From Cenarchaeum sp. (GTDB taxonomy: Archaea; Thermoproteota; Nitrososphaeria; Nitrososphaerales; Nitrosopumilaceae), in the NCBI GenBank assembly GCA_965206845.1, contig OZ242221.1, positions 864,001 to 928,000 on the forward strand: DNA of 64,000 bases, written 5' to 3'. Position numbers and translations under genes: made by a program. The notes below the pieces were generated by a model. That model was not told the origin of the DNA and did no database searches. It was given only the letters and a program-made list of their open reading frames with translations. Shown here piece after piece: positions 51,062 to 60,284 of this stretch (position 1 is the stretch's first letter; the number at the start of each line of letters is the position of its first letter).

Positions 51062-51709
51062 TCAGTCGAGCTCAAATTTCGTGTGGTGTTTGTCCTTTGG
51101 GATCTTGACCACGATGACGCCGCCCCATCTGGAAAAGATCCTCTGGCGCGTGTCCCTGGCAAACATCAGCCCGAGTATCAAGTCAATCGCAAGGGGGAAT
51201 GTCTTGCCGAAGTTGCTGAGAAGGAGGCCGCGGCTGGACGGCCTTTGGCCATCGATGCCCGTTACCCTGAGCCGCAGGGCGCGCCGTCCGACGGTAGTCA
51301 TGAGGGCGCGCTCCATGCCGACAAAGTACGCCGGCGTGATGGCATACGGGAGGAGGTTGAACACCACAGCCTCAAAGGAGCACTCAGAACACGTCAGGTA
51401 TTCGAGGGACAACAGACCCGTCATGACATTAGCCGTAACAACGACGACGGCAAGTTCTGGATTATCCTCCGCGGCGGCAGATATTGGACCGTACGGCGGC
51501 ACCCCAATAAATTCCGTAACCGACAACCCCGTGTACCCGCCGCCTTGATTCGAAAAGCCATACCATTCGCCATAATAATCGGTGTCGCTAAACGCCACCG
51601 TCTCAATTGTAAAGATGATGATCACGACTATGATCATATCGATCATAAACGCCACGAAGCGTTCGCTCCAGCGGGCGATGGGGTATATGGCCATACGGCG
51701 CAGGTTCAT
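51062..51709 (-). CDS. RDD family membrane protein
   Basis: ARWSERFVAFMID, TVGRRALRLRV and RQRIF motifs. Confidence 0.85.
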   Translation of the reverse strand: MNLRRMAIYPIARWSERFVAFMIDMIIVVIIIFTIETVAFSDTDYYGEWYGFSNQGGGYTGLSVTEFIGVPPYGPISAAAEDNPELAVVVVTANVMTGLLSLEYLTCSECSFEAVVFNLLPYAITPAYFVGMERALMTTVGRRALRLRVTGIDGQRPSSRGLLLSNFGKTFPLAIDLILGLMFARDTRQRIFSRWGGVIVVKIPKDKHHTKFELD

Positions 51710-51901
51710 CACCTGGTATAAATATGAAAAACGTCCGGCTTTGCACAAACCGCACGGACAGGTGCGGCAGGCATCAAATACCCTGCAATTGTGGGGCCTA
51801 TTGAGCCATCCAAGCATGATCCCGAGGCGTTGGCCGCCGGGGCATATGTTTTTGCTGGGCTCCTGCAGACCCGATAGAGACCTTCTCGCAGATGCGGGCC
51901 G

Positions 51902-52426
51902 TCACGGTTTGCGGGAACCGTCAAGATCCGCCGAACGCGCCGGTGACCGCTGGCTCTTGCCGCCTTGTCGCGCACAGAGCCGCTCTCCAACCTCATGCCA
52001 ATTGGTGCATATCTCCCCTTGTACGCAAGCCCCCACTTGGATGTTTATCTTTGAGTGTATGCTGTCGCCGGCAGACCTAAAATCGGATCTGTATCCGATG
52101 ACCGGAATCCCCCTGCCAAAGGCATAGCCAATCTCGCAGGCCACCCCGGAGTCGACATCTGAACCATCCAATACGGCCACCACAAGATCGCTGTCCCTTA
52201 TCATCTCAAAGTTTTTGCCGGGCGCTTGGGAGCCAACTAGGTTCCACTCCTTGGCGGCTCTCGGATCGCTAGCGGTTTTGAGACACCACGCATAGTCAAA
52301 TCCCTCAACACCCCAAGGGTCGAGGAGCTCAACCTTCCAACGGTCTCTTGCCAACGCCCTTATGCCGTGCAAGTACTCAACGCCAGACTGTGTAAAGCCG
52401 TAGGGGGACGCGAGATAAACCTTCAC
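51902..52426 (-). CDS. nucleoside 2-deoxyribosyltransferase family protein
   Basis: KVYLASPYGF, DVDSGVACEIGYA and YRSDFR motifs; GTG start. Confidence 0.88.
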   Translation of the reverse strand: MKVYLASPYGFTQSGVEYLHGIRALARDRWKVELLDPWGVEGFDYAWCLKTASDPRAAKEWNLVGSQAPGKNFEMIRDSDLVVAVLDGSDVDSGVACEIGYAFGRGIPVIGYRSDFRSAGDSIHSKINIQVGACVQGEICTNWHEVGERLCARQGGKSQRSPARSADLDGSRKP

Positions 52427-52535
52427 GATTGTACGTCTGTCTTTCGGTAATAAAACCCATCGTGTAGATACATCGGGTAAGCGGTACCGCTTGTGTACCA
52501 TATTAGTTTTTAATATGTACTGCCAGACCACAAGC

Positions 52536-53027
52536 ATGAGCCAAGATGAAAGAATCCATGCGCATGTGGTCTCGGTATGGCGTGAAGGCAAGAAGTTCTT
52601 TACCATCGGTGGCAAGGAGGGAATGCTGGTGCTGACCGACAGAAGATTGGCATTCATCCACAAAACCAAGGCCAAGATGAAGTGGTGGCAATCCGTCGTT
52701 CCGCGCCAGGCGCTGACCTTTATGAAATCAAAAAACACCATGATACGACATGATGGATATGACGAAGAGAGCTTTCAAGAGGACCTGCAGAATGAGAAGA
52801 ACGTGGCGGTGACCTTCAACAATATCACAAAGATCACCACCAAGGAGGAGGTGTGGGGCAGCGTGTTGTACCTTGAATATATGCAAGGCGGAAGCACGGA
52901 AAAGTACCAGTTTTCTGTCGCGCAGGACTGGGTCAAGTATCCTGTAAAGGATCCCACCAAGTTCATGAAGGTTGATTGGAAGCCCTTTGTTGACTTTATC
53001 GCGGAGAGGCGGGTTCTGGTAGAATAG
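52536..53027 (+). CDS. hypothetical protein (PH/GRAM-like)
   Basis: EGMLVLTDRRLAF PH-like strand motif. Confidence 0.7.
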   Translation: MSQDERIHAHVVSVWREGKKFFTIGGKEGMLVLTDRRLAFIHKTKAKMKWWQSVVPRQALTFMKSKNTMIRHDGYDEESFQEDLQNEKNVAVTFNNITKITTKEEVWGSVLYLEYMQGGSTEKYQFSVAQDWVKYPVKDPTKFMKVDWKPFVDFIAERRVLVE

Positions 53028-53028
53028 G

Positions 53029-53754
53029 TTGGCCCGGGTTTATGCAGTAGGCGTCGGGCCGGGCTCGCCGAGGTATGTTACCGGAGTGGTGGCTGACTTG
53101 GTAAAGGAATGCGATGTTGTTGTGGGCTACAAATACACACTGAATATAATAAGGGACTACATTGCCGGAAAGGACGTCTACGAGGTAACCATGAAGAACC
53201 AGGAGGACATATACCAAAAACTCGCAAAGGACGCCGGAAAGAAGATCCTAATCCCATTTACCGGTGATGTCAACTTTTCAGAGTCAGAAGTAGTAGACAG
53301 GCTAGTAGAGATTTTTGGGGACGTGGAGATCGTTCCCGGAATCAGCTCGATCCAGGTGGCCGCCGCGAAGGCGGCCGTGCCGCTGGACAAGTCACGGGTC
53401 ATCACCATGCATGTGACCTCGGCCATAGAGGGGAAGAAGGAGGAATTAAAAGCGGCCATAGCCGATGGGTGTAGTGTTATTTTGGTTCCAAGGCCGTGGC
53501 CCAAAAGGCCTGACAAGCACTTCATGCCCTCTGAGATCGCTCACTATCTGGAGGACAGTGGTTTTGATGTCAGGCACCTGCAGGTCAAGGTCTTTGAAAA
53601 GCTCACAACCGATGAAGAGAGTGTGTTTGAGGGAATGGTGGAGGATCTAAAGGGGATGGAATTCTCCGATATGTGTGTGATGGTATTTGGCCAAACCAAG
53701 CCGGATTCATACATGAATTACCGGTGGCAGTGGGAGCGGAACCGCCAGCCTTAG
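53029..53754 (+). CDS. cbiE: cobalt-precorrin-7 C5-methyltransferase
   Basis: VGVGPG, TGDVNFS and VPGISSIQVAAA tetrapyrrole methylase motifs. Confidence 0.85.
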   Translation: MARVYAVGVGPGSPRYVTGVVADLVKECDVVVGYKYTLNIIRDYIAGKDVYEVTMKNQEDIYQKLAKDAGKKILIPFTGDVNFSESEVVDRLVEIFGDVEIVPGISSIQVAAAKAAVPLDKSRVITMHVTSAIEGKKEELKAAIADGCSVILVPRPWPKRPDKHFMPSEIAHYLEDSGFDVRHLQVKVFEKLTTDEESVFEGMVEDLKGMEFSDMCVMVFGQTKPDSYMNYRWQWERNRQP

Positions 53755-54326
53755 ATATCAATAAAGTCGGATTCGCGAAAGATGTGATGAAACTCGCTGT
53801 TTTGCCTGATGTTCTCCTTGTCCTTGTTACCTCCCCGAAATATGATCGACAGGATGGCGCGGCACTCGCACCCTGCCCCCCTTATAGTGTCTGCCGCAAG
53901 TATCGCCGACGCCCCGCTGGTTATCACGTCATCAACCACTACAGCTGGCGATCTGAGAACTCCCTCTATCTGGTTTTTGGTTCCGTATTTTTTTGGATTC
54001 TTCCTAACATAGAACGAGGTAAGGGGCCGGGTCGGATTCTCGATGTGGCTTAGTTGGGATATTGCCGTGGCTATGGAGATTGATCCAGACTCCAAGCCAC
54101 CCACCGAATTCACCCCGTCCATCTTTTTGATCATGTTGTGGAAGATTTTGGCAACGGTATGAATGCCTTGCGCATCTCCGTTTAGCCTCCGAAGGTCAAA
54201 GTAGTAGTGTGATTTCAGCCCGGAAGCCAGCACAAAGGGCTCGCCGTCGGATCGCTGAAATGCGCCGGTCGTTCTGACGAGCTTGGCTAGCTCTGTTTTA
54301 TCCGAGTTTGATGATATTTGTGACAG
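53751..54326 (-). CDS. pyrE: orotate phosphoribosyltransferase
   Basis: FVLASG..SHYYFD, RKNPKKYGT and VVDDVITSGAS; conserved N-terminus extends to a CTG at 54326. Confidence 0.88.
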   Translation of the reverse strand: MSQISSNSDKTELAKLVRTTGAFQRSDGEPFVLASGLKSHYYFDLRRLNGDAQGIHTVAKIFHNMIKKMDGVNSVGGLESGSISIATAISQLSHIENPTRPLTSFYVRKNPKKYGTKNQIEGVLRSPAVVVDDVITSGASAILAADTIRGAGCECRAILSIIFRGGNKDKENIRQNSEFHHIFRESDFIDI

Positions 54327-54406
54327 TGTGCCTTACCAAGTGAGAGCCCGCTTCTGTCATTTTTAAACTGTCGCAGTGGATCCGGGTCTGTTGAGGCATC
54401 TTCGGA

Positions 54407-54937
54407 TCATACGCTGGGCATCTGCAGGCCGCCCTGCCATATCATCTCAATCATATAAAACTCGATAAAACCGGCAGCCAAAAGCAGCGCCATTGCGACT
54501 GCAATCTCGATCAGTGTTGCTTTGATGTGGGGGCGCACTTCCTGCTTTCTGACAATCAGAGAGATCAAAATGAAGCTCCGGGACATCCCCAAGGAATACG
54601 CCGCCAGCTCGAGTATCCCAAAGGGTGAGAAGTACAGGATGGACAGTGGTGATACCGTGACGGCTCCTGGCATTATTGTGGCAATGGAAGCAAACGCCAC
54701 CCCGGTAGACCACGCGGAGAATAGCCCCCACCCAACACCAAACCCGGGTACAAACATGAGTAGGGCTAGGGTGGCGTTATGAACAAAGATTTTCAGCGCA
54801 TCTATATCCAACAGCAGATCGTCAAACTCGTCCAGAAGCTTTCTGGCATCATCTACGTCTATCTCGATTAAAGAGCCCAGTTGGTAGGCGACGGTGAACA
54901 GCGCCATAAAGATCAAAAATGTCCAAAGCCGTCTCAT
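54407..54937 (-). CDS. SpoIIM-family membrane protein
   Basis: IFVHN, PFGILELAAY and LLLAAGFIE motifs. Confidence 0.85.
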   Translation of the reverse strand: MRRLWTFLIFMALFTVAYQLGSLIEIDVDDARKLLDEFDDLLLDIDALKIFVHNATLALLMFVPGFGVGWGLFSAWSTGVAFASIATIMPGAVTVSPLSILYFSPFGILELAAYSLGMSRSFILISLIVRKQEVRPHIKATLIEIAVAMALLLAAGFIEFYMIEMIWQGGLQMPSV

Positions 54938-55162
54938 TGTGTTTGGGCGTGCCTTGTGTTTAATATGTTGGTGGGTACGCAGGTCGCCTGCGATACCGGC
55001 CAAGATGCGAGAACCCGCCTTGGTGCCTGAGCGATGCCAGAAACCGGCCTCGTGTGAGTGGTTTTTGTGGTTCGGGTTGAAGCCTATTTGGTGTTAGGGA
55101 GCATGCTCATAAAGAGTTTGAGTGAGGGCAGATTTAATAAAAACGTGGATCTGTTTTTGGTA

Positions 55163-56593
55163 TTGAGGAAAGAGGTCGCCGTAGCCTTAAAGTACGCATT
55201 AAATCTTGGTTTTCAGATTCATCCTGCCGCGCTGCAGGTATTGGAAGAGCTTGAGACAGGTGACCTTAATACCGTAATCAAATACATTGTTAAAAAAAAG
55301 ACCAGAGAGGGGACGCGCCTGATAAGCCGGGAAGACGCCGAGTCGTTTCTGGGCATTGGCCAAGATGTGTCACTGGAGGCAAATCTGGTGGTGTTGTTTG
55401 ACCCCACCGACAAGGTGACCACGGCAGAAGGGTTGAGTGGGTATGATGCTCTTTTTGCCAGCAGGTTTGCAAAGATGAAGCAGATTATTAGTGCACGGCC
55501 GGAAGCCAAAAAGCTCAGAGCGATTGGAAACGTCGCCAAGATGTCTGGTTCTAATAACGACGTGTTTGTCTGCGGTCTTGTCACCAAGAAGAGCACGGGA
55601 CCGGATTCTGTAAAAATTGTTTTGGAGGACACCACGGGGAGTCTTGAGGCGTGGGTGTTTGAGGAAGGCATTCGGACAGAAGCAGAGATGCTCTTGCTTG
55701 ATCAGTTTGTAATGATCCGGATCGGCAGGGCCAAAAACAACAGATTTGTTGTGAAGGAATTGGTTCTGCCGGGGATACCGGGGCACACGATCAATCATTC
55801 TGAAACTGAGTCCTTTGCCGTGTTTATTTCAGACTTGCATGTTGGCAGTGACTTCTTTATGGAGGAGGCTTTTTTGGAGTTTGTTTCGTGGTTATCCAGT
55901 ACCGACCAAGTCGCTAAGAGAGTACGATTTGTCGTTATCGGTGGTGATCTTATAGATGGTGTTGGGATATACCCCAACCAAGATCGGGGACTGGTATACC
56001 AAACGGTGGAAGAGCAGCTGCGGCGGGCAGAGGCGTTACTCTCCCAGATCCCACAGAACGTCAAGGTTGTCATATCCCCAGGAAACCACGACCCGGGAAG
56101 GCGCGCTCTGCCGCAACCGGCCATTCCAAGAAAGTACGGCGCTGGGCTCTGGGAACGCGAGAATTTTTTCATGGTTGGAAACCCCTGTGTCGTGTCCCTG
56201 AACGGTGTCAGGGTGCTGGTGTTTCATGGCCAAAGCATCGACGACATTGTAAAGACCACCCCGGGCTTGAGTTACGGCAAGCCGGCAGATGTCATGAAGC
56301 ATCTGCTTCGGGCACGACACCTCAGTCCTATTTACGGCAGCCTGACGCCTATTGCGCCGGAGAAGGAGGACATGTTGGTAATTGAAGATGTCCCAGACGT
56401 CTTTCATGTCGGACATGTACATGTAATGGCCCTAGAGATGTACCGGGGGGTGTTGTTGGTAAACTCGGGCGCCTTCCAAAGCCAGACGCCCTTCCAAGCC
56501 AGTGTTGGTCTGGAACCGACGCCGGGCCTAGCCGCGGTTGTAAATCTGAAGACATTTGAAGTCAGAACTATGAGTTTCGGTTCTGGGAGCTAG
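55163..56593 (+). CDS. polB: DNA polymerase D small subunit DP1
   Basis: OB fold (LEDTTG), ISDLHVGS, GDLIDGVGIYPNQ, PGNHD and HVGHVH; start approximate. Confidence 0.93.
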   Translation: MRKEVAVALKYALNLGFQIHPAALQVLEELETGDLNTVIKYIVKKKTREGTRLISREDAESFLGIGQDVSLEANLVVLFDPTDKVTTAEGLSGYDALFASRFAKMKQIISARPEAKKLRAIGNVAKMSGSNNDVFVCGLVTKKSTGPDSVKIVLEDTTGSLEAWVFEEGIRTEAEMLLLDQFVMIRIGRAKNNRFVVKELVLPGIPGHTINHSETESFAVFISDLHVGSDFFMEEAFLEFVSWLSSTDQVAKRVRFVVIGGDLIDGVGIYPNQDRGLVYQTVEEQLRRAEALLSQIPQNVKVVISPGNHDPGRRALPQPAIPRKYGAGLWERENFFMVGNPCVVSLNGVRVLVFHGQSIDDIVKTTPGLSYGKPADVMKHLLRARHLSPIYGSLTPIAPEKEDMLVIEDVPDVFHVGHVHVMALEMYRGVLLVNSGAFQSQTPFQASVGLEPTPGLAAVVNLKTFEVRTMSFGSGS

Positions 56594-57804
56594 AGCACAT
56601 CTTCCAACACTAGATCGTCTTGGAATGTTTTTTTCACAGTATCGGCAGAGATGGTCAACCTGTGTTTCTTTGTCCGGCCGTGCGTTCCTTGATGTATTAT
56701 TCTGCTAGAGATGATGCCGGACATCTCTATTTCGCTGAGTATTTGGGTTATTCTTCTTGGAGTAAGATGGTCTTGTCTGACACCCGTACAGAGGTTTTTG
56801 TAGGAGGTGTATATCTCCCCTGTGGAAGAGCCGGCGGATCTCATAACGGCTAAAATAACTAACTTTTCATGTAGTGGATATGTCTTGAGCGCCGTGACCT
56901 CCTTGTTCTCCTCTATTTTTTGAGATGCATCCCTGACCTGCTGCTCTGTAACCTCGTTCTTTTGTTCCCGTTCGGCGATCTCTCCGGCTACCCGCAAGAG
57001 ATCAATGGCCCGTCTTGCGTCCCCGTGCTCGCGGCCGGCCATTGCGGCACACAGGTTCAGGGCGGCCTCTCCCACCGCTCCCTTGACAAACGCTTGTTCC
57101 GCTCTCTCCCCTAGGATTTTGTGTATCTGTTCCACGGTATAGTTTGTAAACACGATCTCCTCCTCCCCCAAACTGCTGATCACACGCGGATCCAGGTTCT
57201 CTTTGAAGGAAAGGTTGTTTGATATCCCCACCAGGGTCAGACTGCCGCGAACCAGCAACTCGTTTGATCTGGTAAGTTGGTAAAGAACGTCCTTGCCGGT
57301 TTTTGACACTAGTTGCGCCAAGTAGTCGATCTCGTCTATCACAAAGATCGCGTTCAATCTGTTTTTGTTTATTGCGCCAAGTAGGCGTTTGAAGACCTCG
57401 CTGATTGCCAGGCCGGCGGATGGAAGATCCCTGTCCGTCAGATCTAATTGCCGTCCAAAACTCACCAAAAGCCCATAGAGCGTCGTTTCTTGTTTGGAGT
57501 TAGCATACAGCAACCGGATTGGAAAGTTGCTCAACTCCACCTTTTTTTGGATTTTTGCCAAAACCTTCCTGACTACCAACGTCTTGCCGGTCCCTGGTTT
57601 GCCGTAGACTAGAAGGTTTGATGGCCTGGATTGTTTTAGTATTGGTAATAGTGATTGTGCGACCTGTTTTTGCTCCATATCACGGTGGTGTATCACATCC
57701 GGAATGTAGGTAAAATGCAATATCTCTCGGTTTTGGATTAGTGACATGCCTGTCTCAGCCGCATCCAAGATTCTGTCTATCGGATCGATTATTGACGCAT
57801 CCAT
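56590..57804 (-). CDS. cdc6: Orc1/Cdc6 replication initiator
   Basis: YGKPGTGKT, IDEID, HGDARRAIDLLR and C-terminal wHTH. Confidence 0.95.
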   Translation of the reverse strand: MDASIIDPIDRILDAAETGMSLIQNREILHFTYIPDVIHHRDMEQKQVAQSLLPILKQSRPSNLLVYGKPGTGKTLVVRKVLAKIQKKVELSNFPIRLLYANSKQETTLYGLLVSFGRQLDLTDRDLPSAGLAISEVFKRLLGAINKNRLNAIFVIDEIDYLAQLVSKTGKDVLYQLTRSNELLVRGSLTLVGISNNLSFKENLDPRVISSLGEEEIVFTNYTVEQIHKILGERAEQAFVKGAVGEAALNLCAAMAGREHGDARRAIDLLRVAGEIAEREQKNEVTEQQVRDASQKIEENKEVTALKTYPLHEKLVILAVMRSAGSSTGEIYTSYKNLCTGVRQDHLTPRRITQILSEIEMSGIISSRIIHQGTHGRTKKHRLTISADTVKKTFQDDLVLEDVL

Positions 57805-57984
57805 ACTAGGATTTTTAGATCCTATATCAACACTTGAATGTGTTTGTGAATGTTTTCAACGAACCAGATCGTTTTTGGTTAGCTTTTATCAACATGTCGT
57901 CTAGATCATGGTTCGGCCGGCTGCAGGCCTAGCCGCCTGCTGCACACCTCCCAGAACCGCCCAACAAGCTCGCTCTAGACTTGC

Positions 57985-58440
57985 AACAAGACCCCTCACA
58001 CCATAATTTCCATTCTGGAACAAGACATCGTGTGTGGTGTGTGGTACATGGTAATCGGATATGGTATATACCACATGTTCATATTCATACCCTCATAATA
58101 AAAAATTGAAAGAAAAAGGAGTGGAAATGTTGGTGTGTGGGTTATGGTGTAGTATTGTGATTAACAAATTGTTAAGATTTTGTAAATGTGATCTTAAAAC
58201 ACCCGATATTGACCCCTTTATTTCCACTCTGGGTGTGAAGATGGGCGTTAACATTGTTAAGACCCCGATATTGACCCCCTTATTTCCACTCTGGGCATGA
58301 AACAGGCTGATCCGCCACCAGGCCTGCAGACGGCCATGTTAACCACTACAAACACTACATACCAAACCAGGCGGTGAATATTAACAACGTTGATTGTTAA
58401 CAACTTTGAGCATAATGGTTGAATTGTTAACAAAAAGACC
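57985..58440. other. replication origin oriC
   Basis: Upstream of cdc6; two 32-bp ORB repeats (58202-58233 and 58264-58295; minus strand CCAGAGTGGAAATAA(A/G)GGGG), an inverted ORB core GGAGTGGAAATG at 58118, a degenerate ORB near 58005-58020, and AT-rich tracts between. Confidence 0.9.
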
Positions 58441-58451
58441 ACTATCTGTAT

Positions 58452-58829
58452 TTGGGTAGTAAAAGGCTTCGTATCAACATCGAGGATTCGGAAGGCGCTA
58501 GATATGATATCAAACTGGATGGAAACATCAACCGGCAGAAGGTGCTTCGGTTGTTTGAGATAATGGATCTGGTAGATATTGAGGAAGGACCGAAGGCACC
58601 AAAACTGGACTCCATCAACGCCAAAATATGGCATATTGTGGACAAGTACTATCCCATGGGGAAATTTACCTCCTCGACCGTTCTGGAAAAATATGAGGAC
58701 GAGTACAACGAGCCAATAAAACTCAGCGTGATATCCACATACCTATCACGGTTCTCGATTCGTGGTAAGGTGCAGCGCAACAAAACAGGCCGGGAATGGA
58801 CATACCAAGCACCCAAAATCCATCACTAA
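58452..58829 (+). CDS. oriC-adjacent hypothetical protein with C-terminal wHTH-like domain
   Basis: FTSSTVLEKY...KLSVISTYLSRF...GKVQRNKTGREWTY winged-helix pattern. Confidence 0.8.
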   Translation: MGSKRLRINIEDSEGARYDIKLDGNINRQKVLRLFEIMDLVDIEEGPKAPKLDSINAKIWHIVDKYYPMGKFTSSTVLEKYEDEYNEPIKLSVISTYLSRFSIRGKVQRNKTGREWTYQAPKIHH

Positions 58830-59045
58830 CTCACAAGAAAAATCACCTACAACATCTCATTGCGTTAACAACACAAAACAACCACAATTTACCCACCTAA
58901 TACCCAACACAAACCATCACTGATAGATCCCCTTTAACCACCAACCATTGGCAACCAGGCATTACTCACGACACCATGAGTGTAAGATACTTGGCAGAGT
59001 CATGGCACAACCGCAAACACCCCACACACACTAAAATGGTGACAA

Positions 59046-59657
59046 TTATACCACACCACCAGAAGATTCCAACCGCACCCTTCCCTTGTCCGTAATTGAG
59101 TACGTGTATGGCTTTGCGTCCGTGTTTCTTTTCACATACCCATCCTCAAACAACCGTTTCATTAACCGTGATGTGTGCTCCCTTGTACGCCCGATCGTGG
59201 TCCGTATGTCACGTGATGTCACATCCCCATCTGTGATTAACTCTAACACTTGATTGACAACACCTTGGGCGTTCCGCCTCTGCCCAGCCGGCTCATTACG
59301 AACGGCTGTCTTTTGGGCATTTGGGGCCGTCGTCGGCTCAGAGCTTCTGGCCATAATCACCAAGGGTTCAGCGCCAGTTGATTTGGGTTTATTGAGCGCG
59401 GACTCACTATCCCCAACAGCTTGGTGCTTACCAACTCCGGGCCCATCACTTACCAAGGCATCCAATTGCAGTTTCATACCTATGATCTGCTTCTCATAAT
59501 ACTCCAAACGGTTGAGAATTGTGGGGTCAATACCCTTGCTTTTTGGGTCGGCGTACGACCTTACCCTGCTAAACGCAAATAATGAGAACAGACCAACGGC
59601 AAACGCCAGCACCCAGCCCAACAGAACCACAGCATCTGGGATTTCCACTAACATCAC
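59046..59657 (-). CDS. membrane-anchored wHTH protein
   Basis: N-terminal TM, short coiled coil, low-complexity linker, TSRDIRTTIGRTREHTSRLMKRLFEDGYVKR...YSITDKG. Confidence 0.85.
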   Translation of the reverse strand: MMLVEIPDAVVLLGWVLAFAVGLFSLFAFSRVRSYADPKSKGIDPTILNRLEYYEKQIIGMKLQLDALVSDGPGVGKHQAVGDSESALNKPKSTGAEPLVIMARSSEPTTAPNAQKTAVRNEPAGQRRNAQGVVNQVLELITDGDVTSRDIRTTIGRTREHTSRLMKRLFEDGYVKRNTDAKPYTYSITDKGRVRLESSGGVV

Positions 59658-59858
59658 ACTTTATGATGCCGCCTGTGATATATCATGCTCGAATAAACTT
59701 TGTTCACACATTGCTTAACATTGCGGTACTAAAATCACAACACAATCTCACAAAAACACTCACTGGATGATAAAGTCATAACCAAGTCTCATAAGAATAC
59801 CCAAAAGAACGAAAAATCACACCCAACCTCACAAACCAGCCCCGAAAGAATAAAAAAA

Positions 59859-60221
59859 TCACAACTTACAGGCTTGGCGGATCAACGCATCTATCACATT
59901 AATAACATCACGCTCGTTGTTGGAAGACATGTCATTACCACTAATCACAGAAACCCGTTCTGCTACCTTGACGATCGTGTCCATGTCATCTGGTGCAAGA
60001 ACGCCTAGGCTACGAAACATCACCAACGCATAACAAAACCTGACCAACTTGTCTCTTGTCTGGCCCAACTGCCGGTAGTATGCCCCCCTTGATACGTCAA
60101 ACTGTGTTTCTAGGACACCCCGGCGATCTAAAATAATCCTGAGCTGTCGTTCTGTAAACGATGATTTTTTTATAATTTCTTGGATAATGTTATTGAAATT
60201 GGACGACTCAAACCCCACCAT
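59859..60221 (-). CDS. conserved hypothetical protein (HTH-like)
   Basis: SSFTERQL...VSRGAYYRQLGQ. Confidence 0.75.
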   Translation of the reverse strand: MVGFESSNFNNIIQEIIKKSSFTERQLRIILDRRGVLETQFDVSRGAYYRQLGQTRDKLVRFCYALVMFRSLGVLAPDDMDTIVKVAERVSVISGNDMSSNNERDVINVIDALIRQACKL

Positions 60222-60284
60222 AGCTATACAAAACTGTATCTTTATCCCAATTAAACTTTAAAGAGACGCCCTCAAACCCGCTGT

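Noticed and set aside
58202-58295. Two 32-bp repeats with a 30-bp spacer resembling a mini CRISPR array
   Set aside because: The repeats match the ORB consensus with G-string and lie upstream of cdc6; no cas genes in the window
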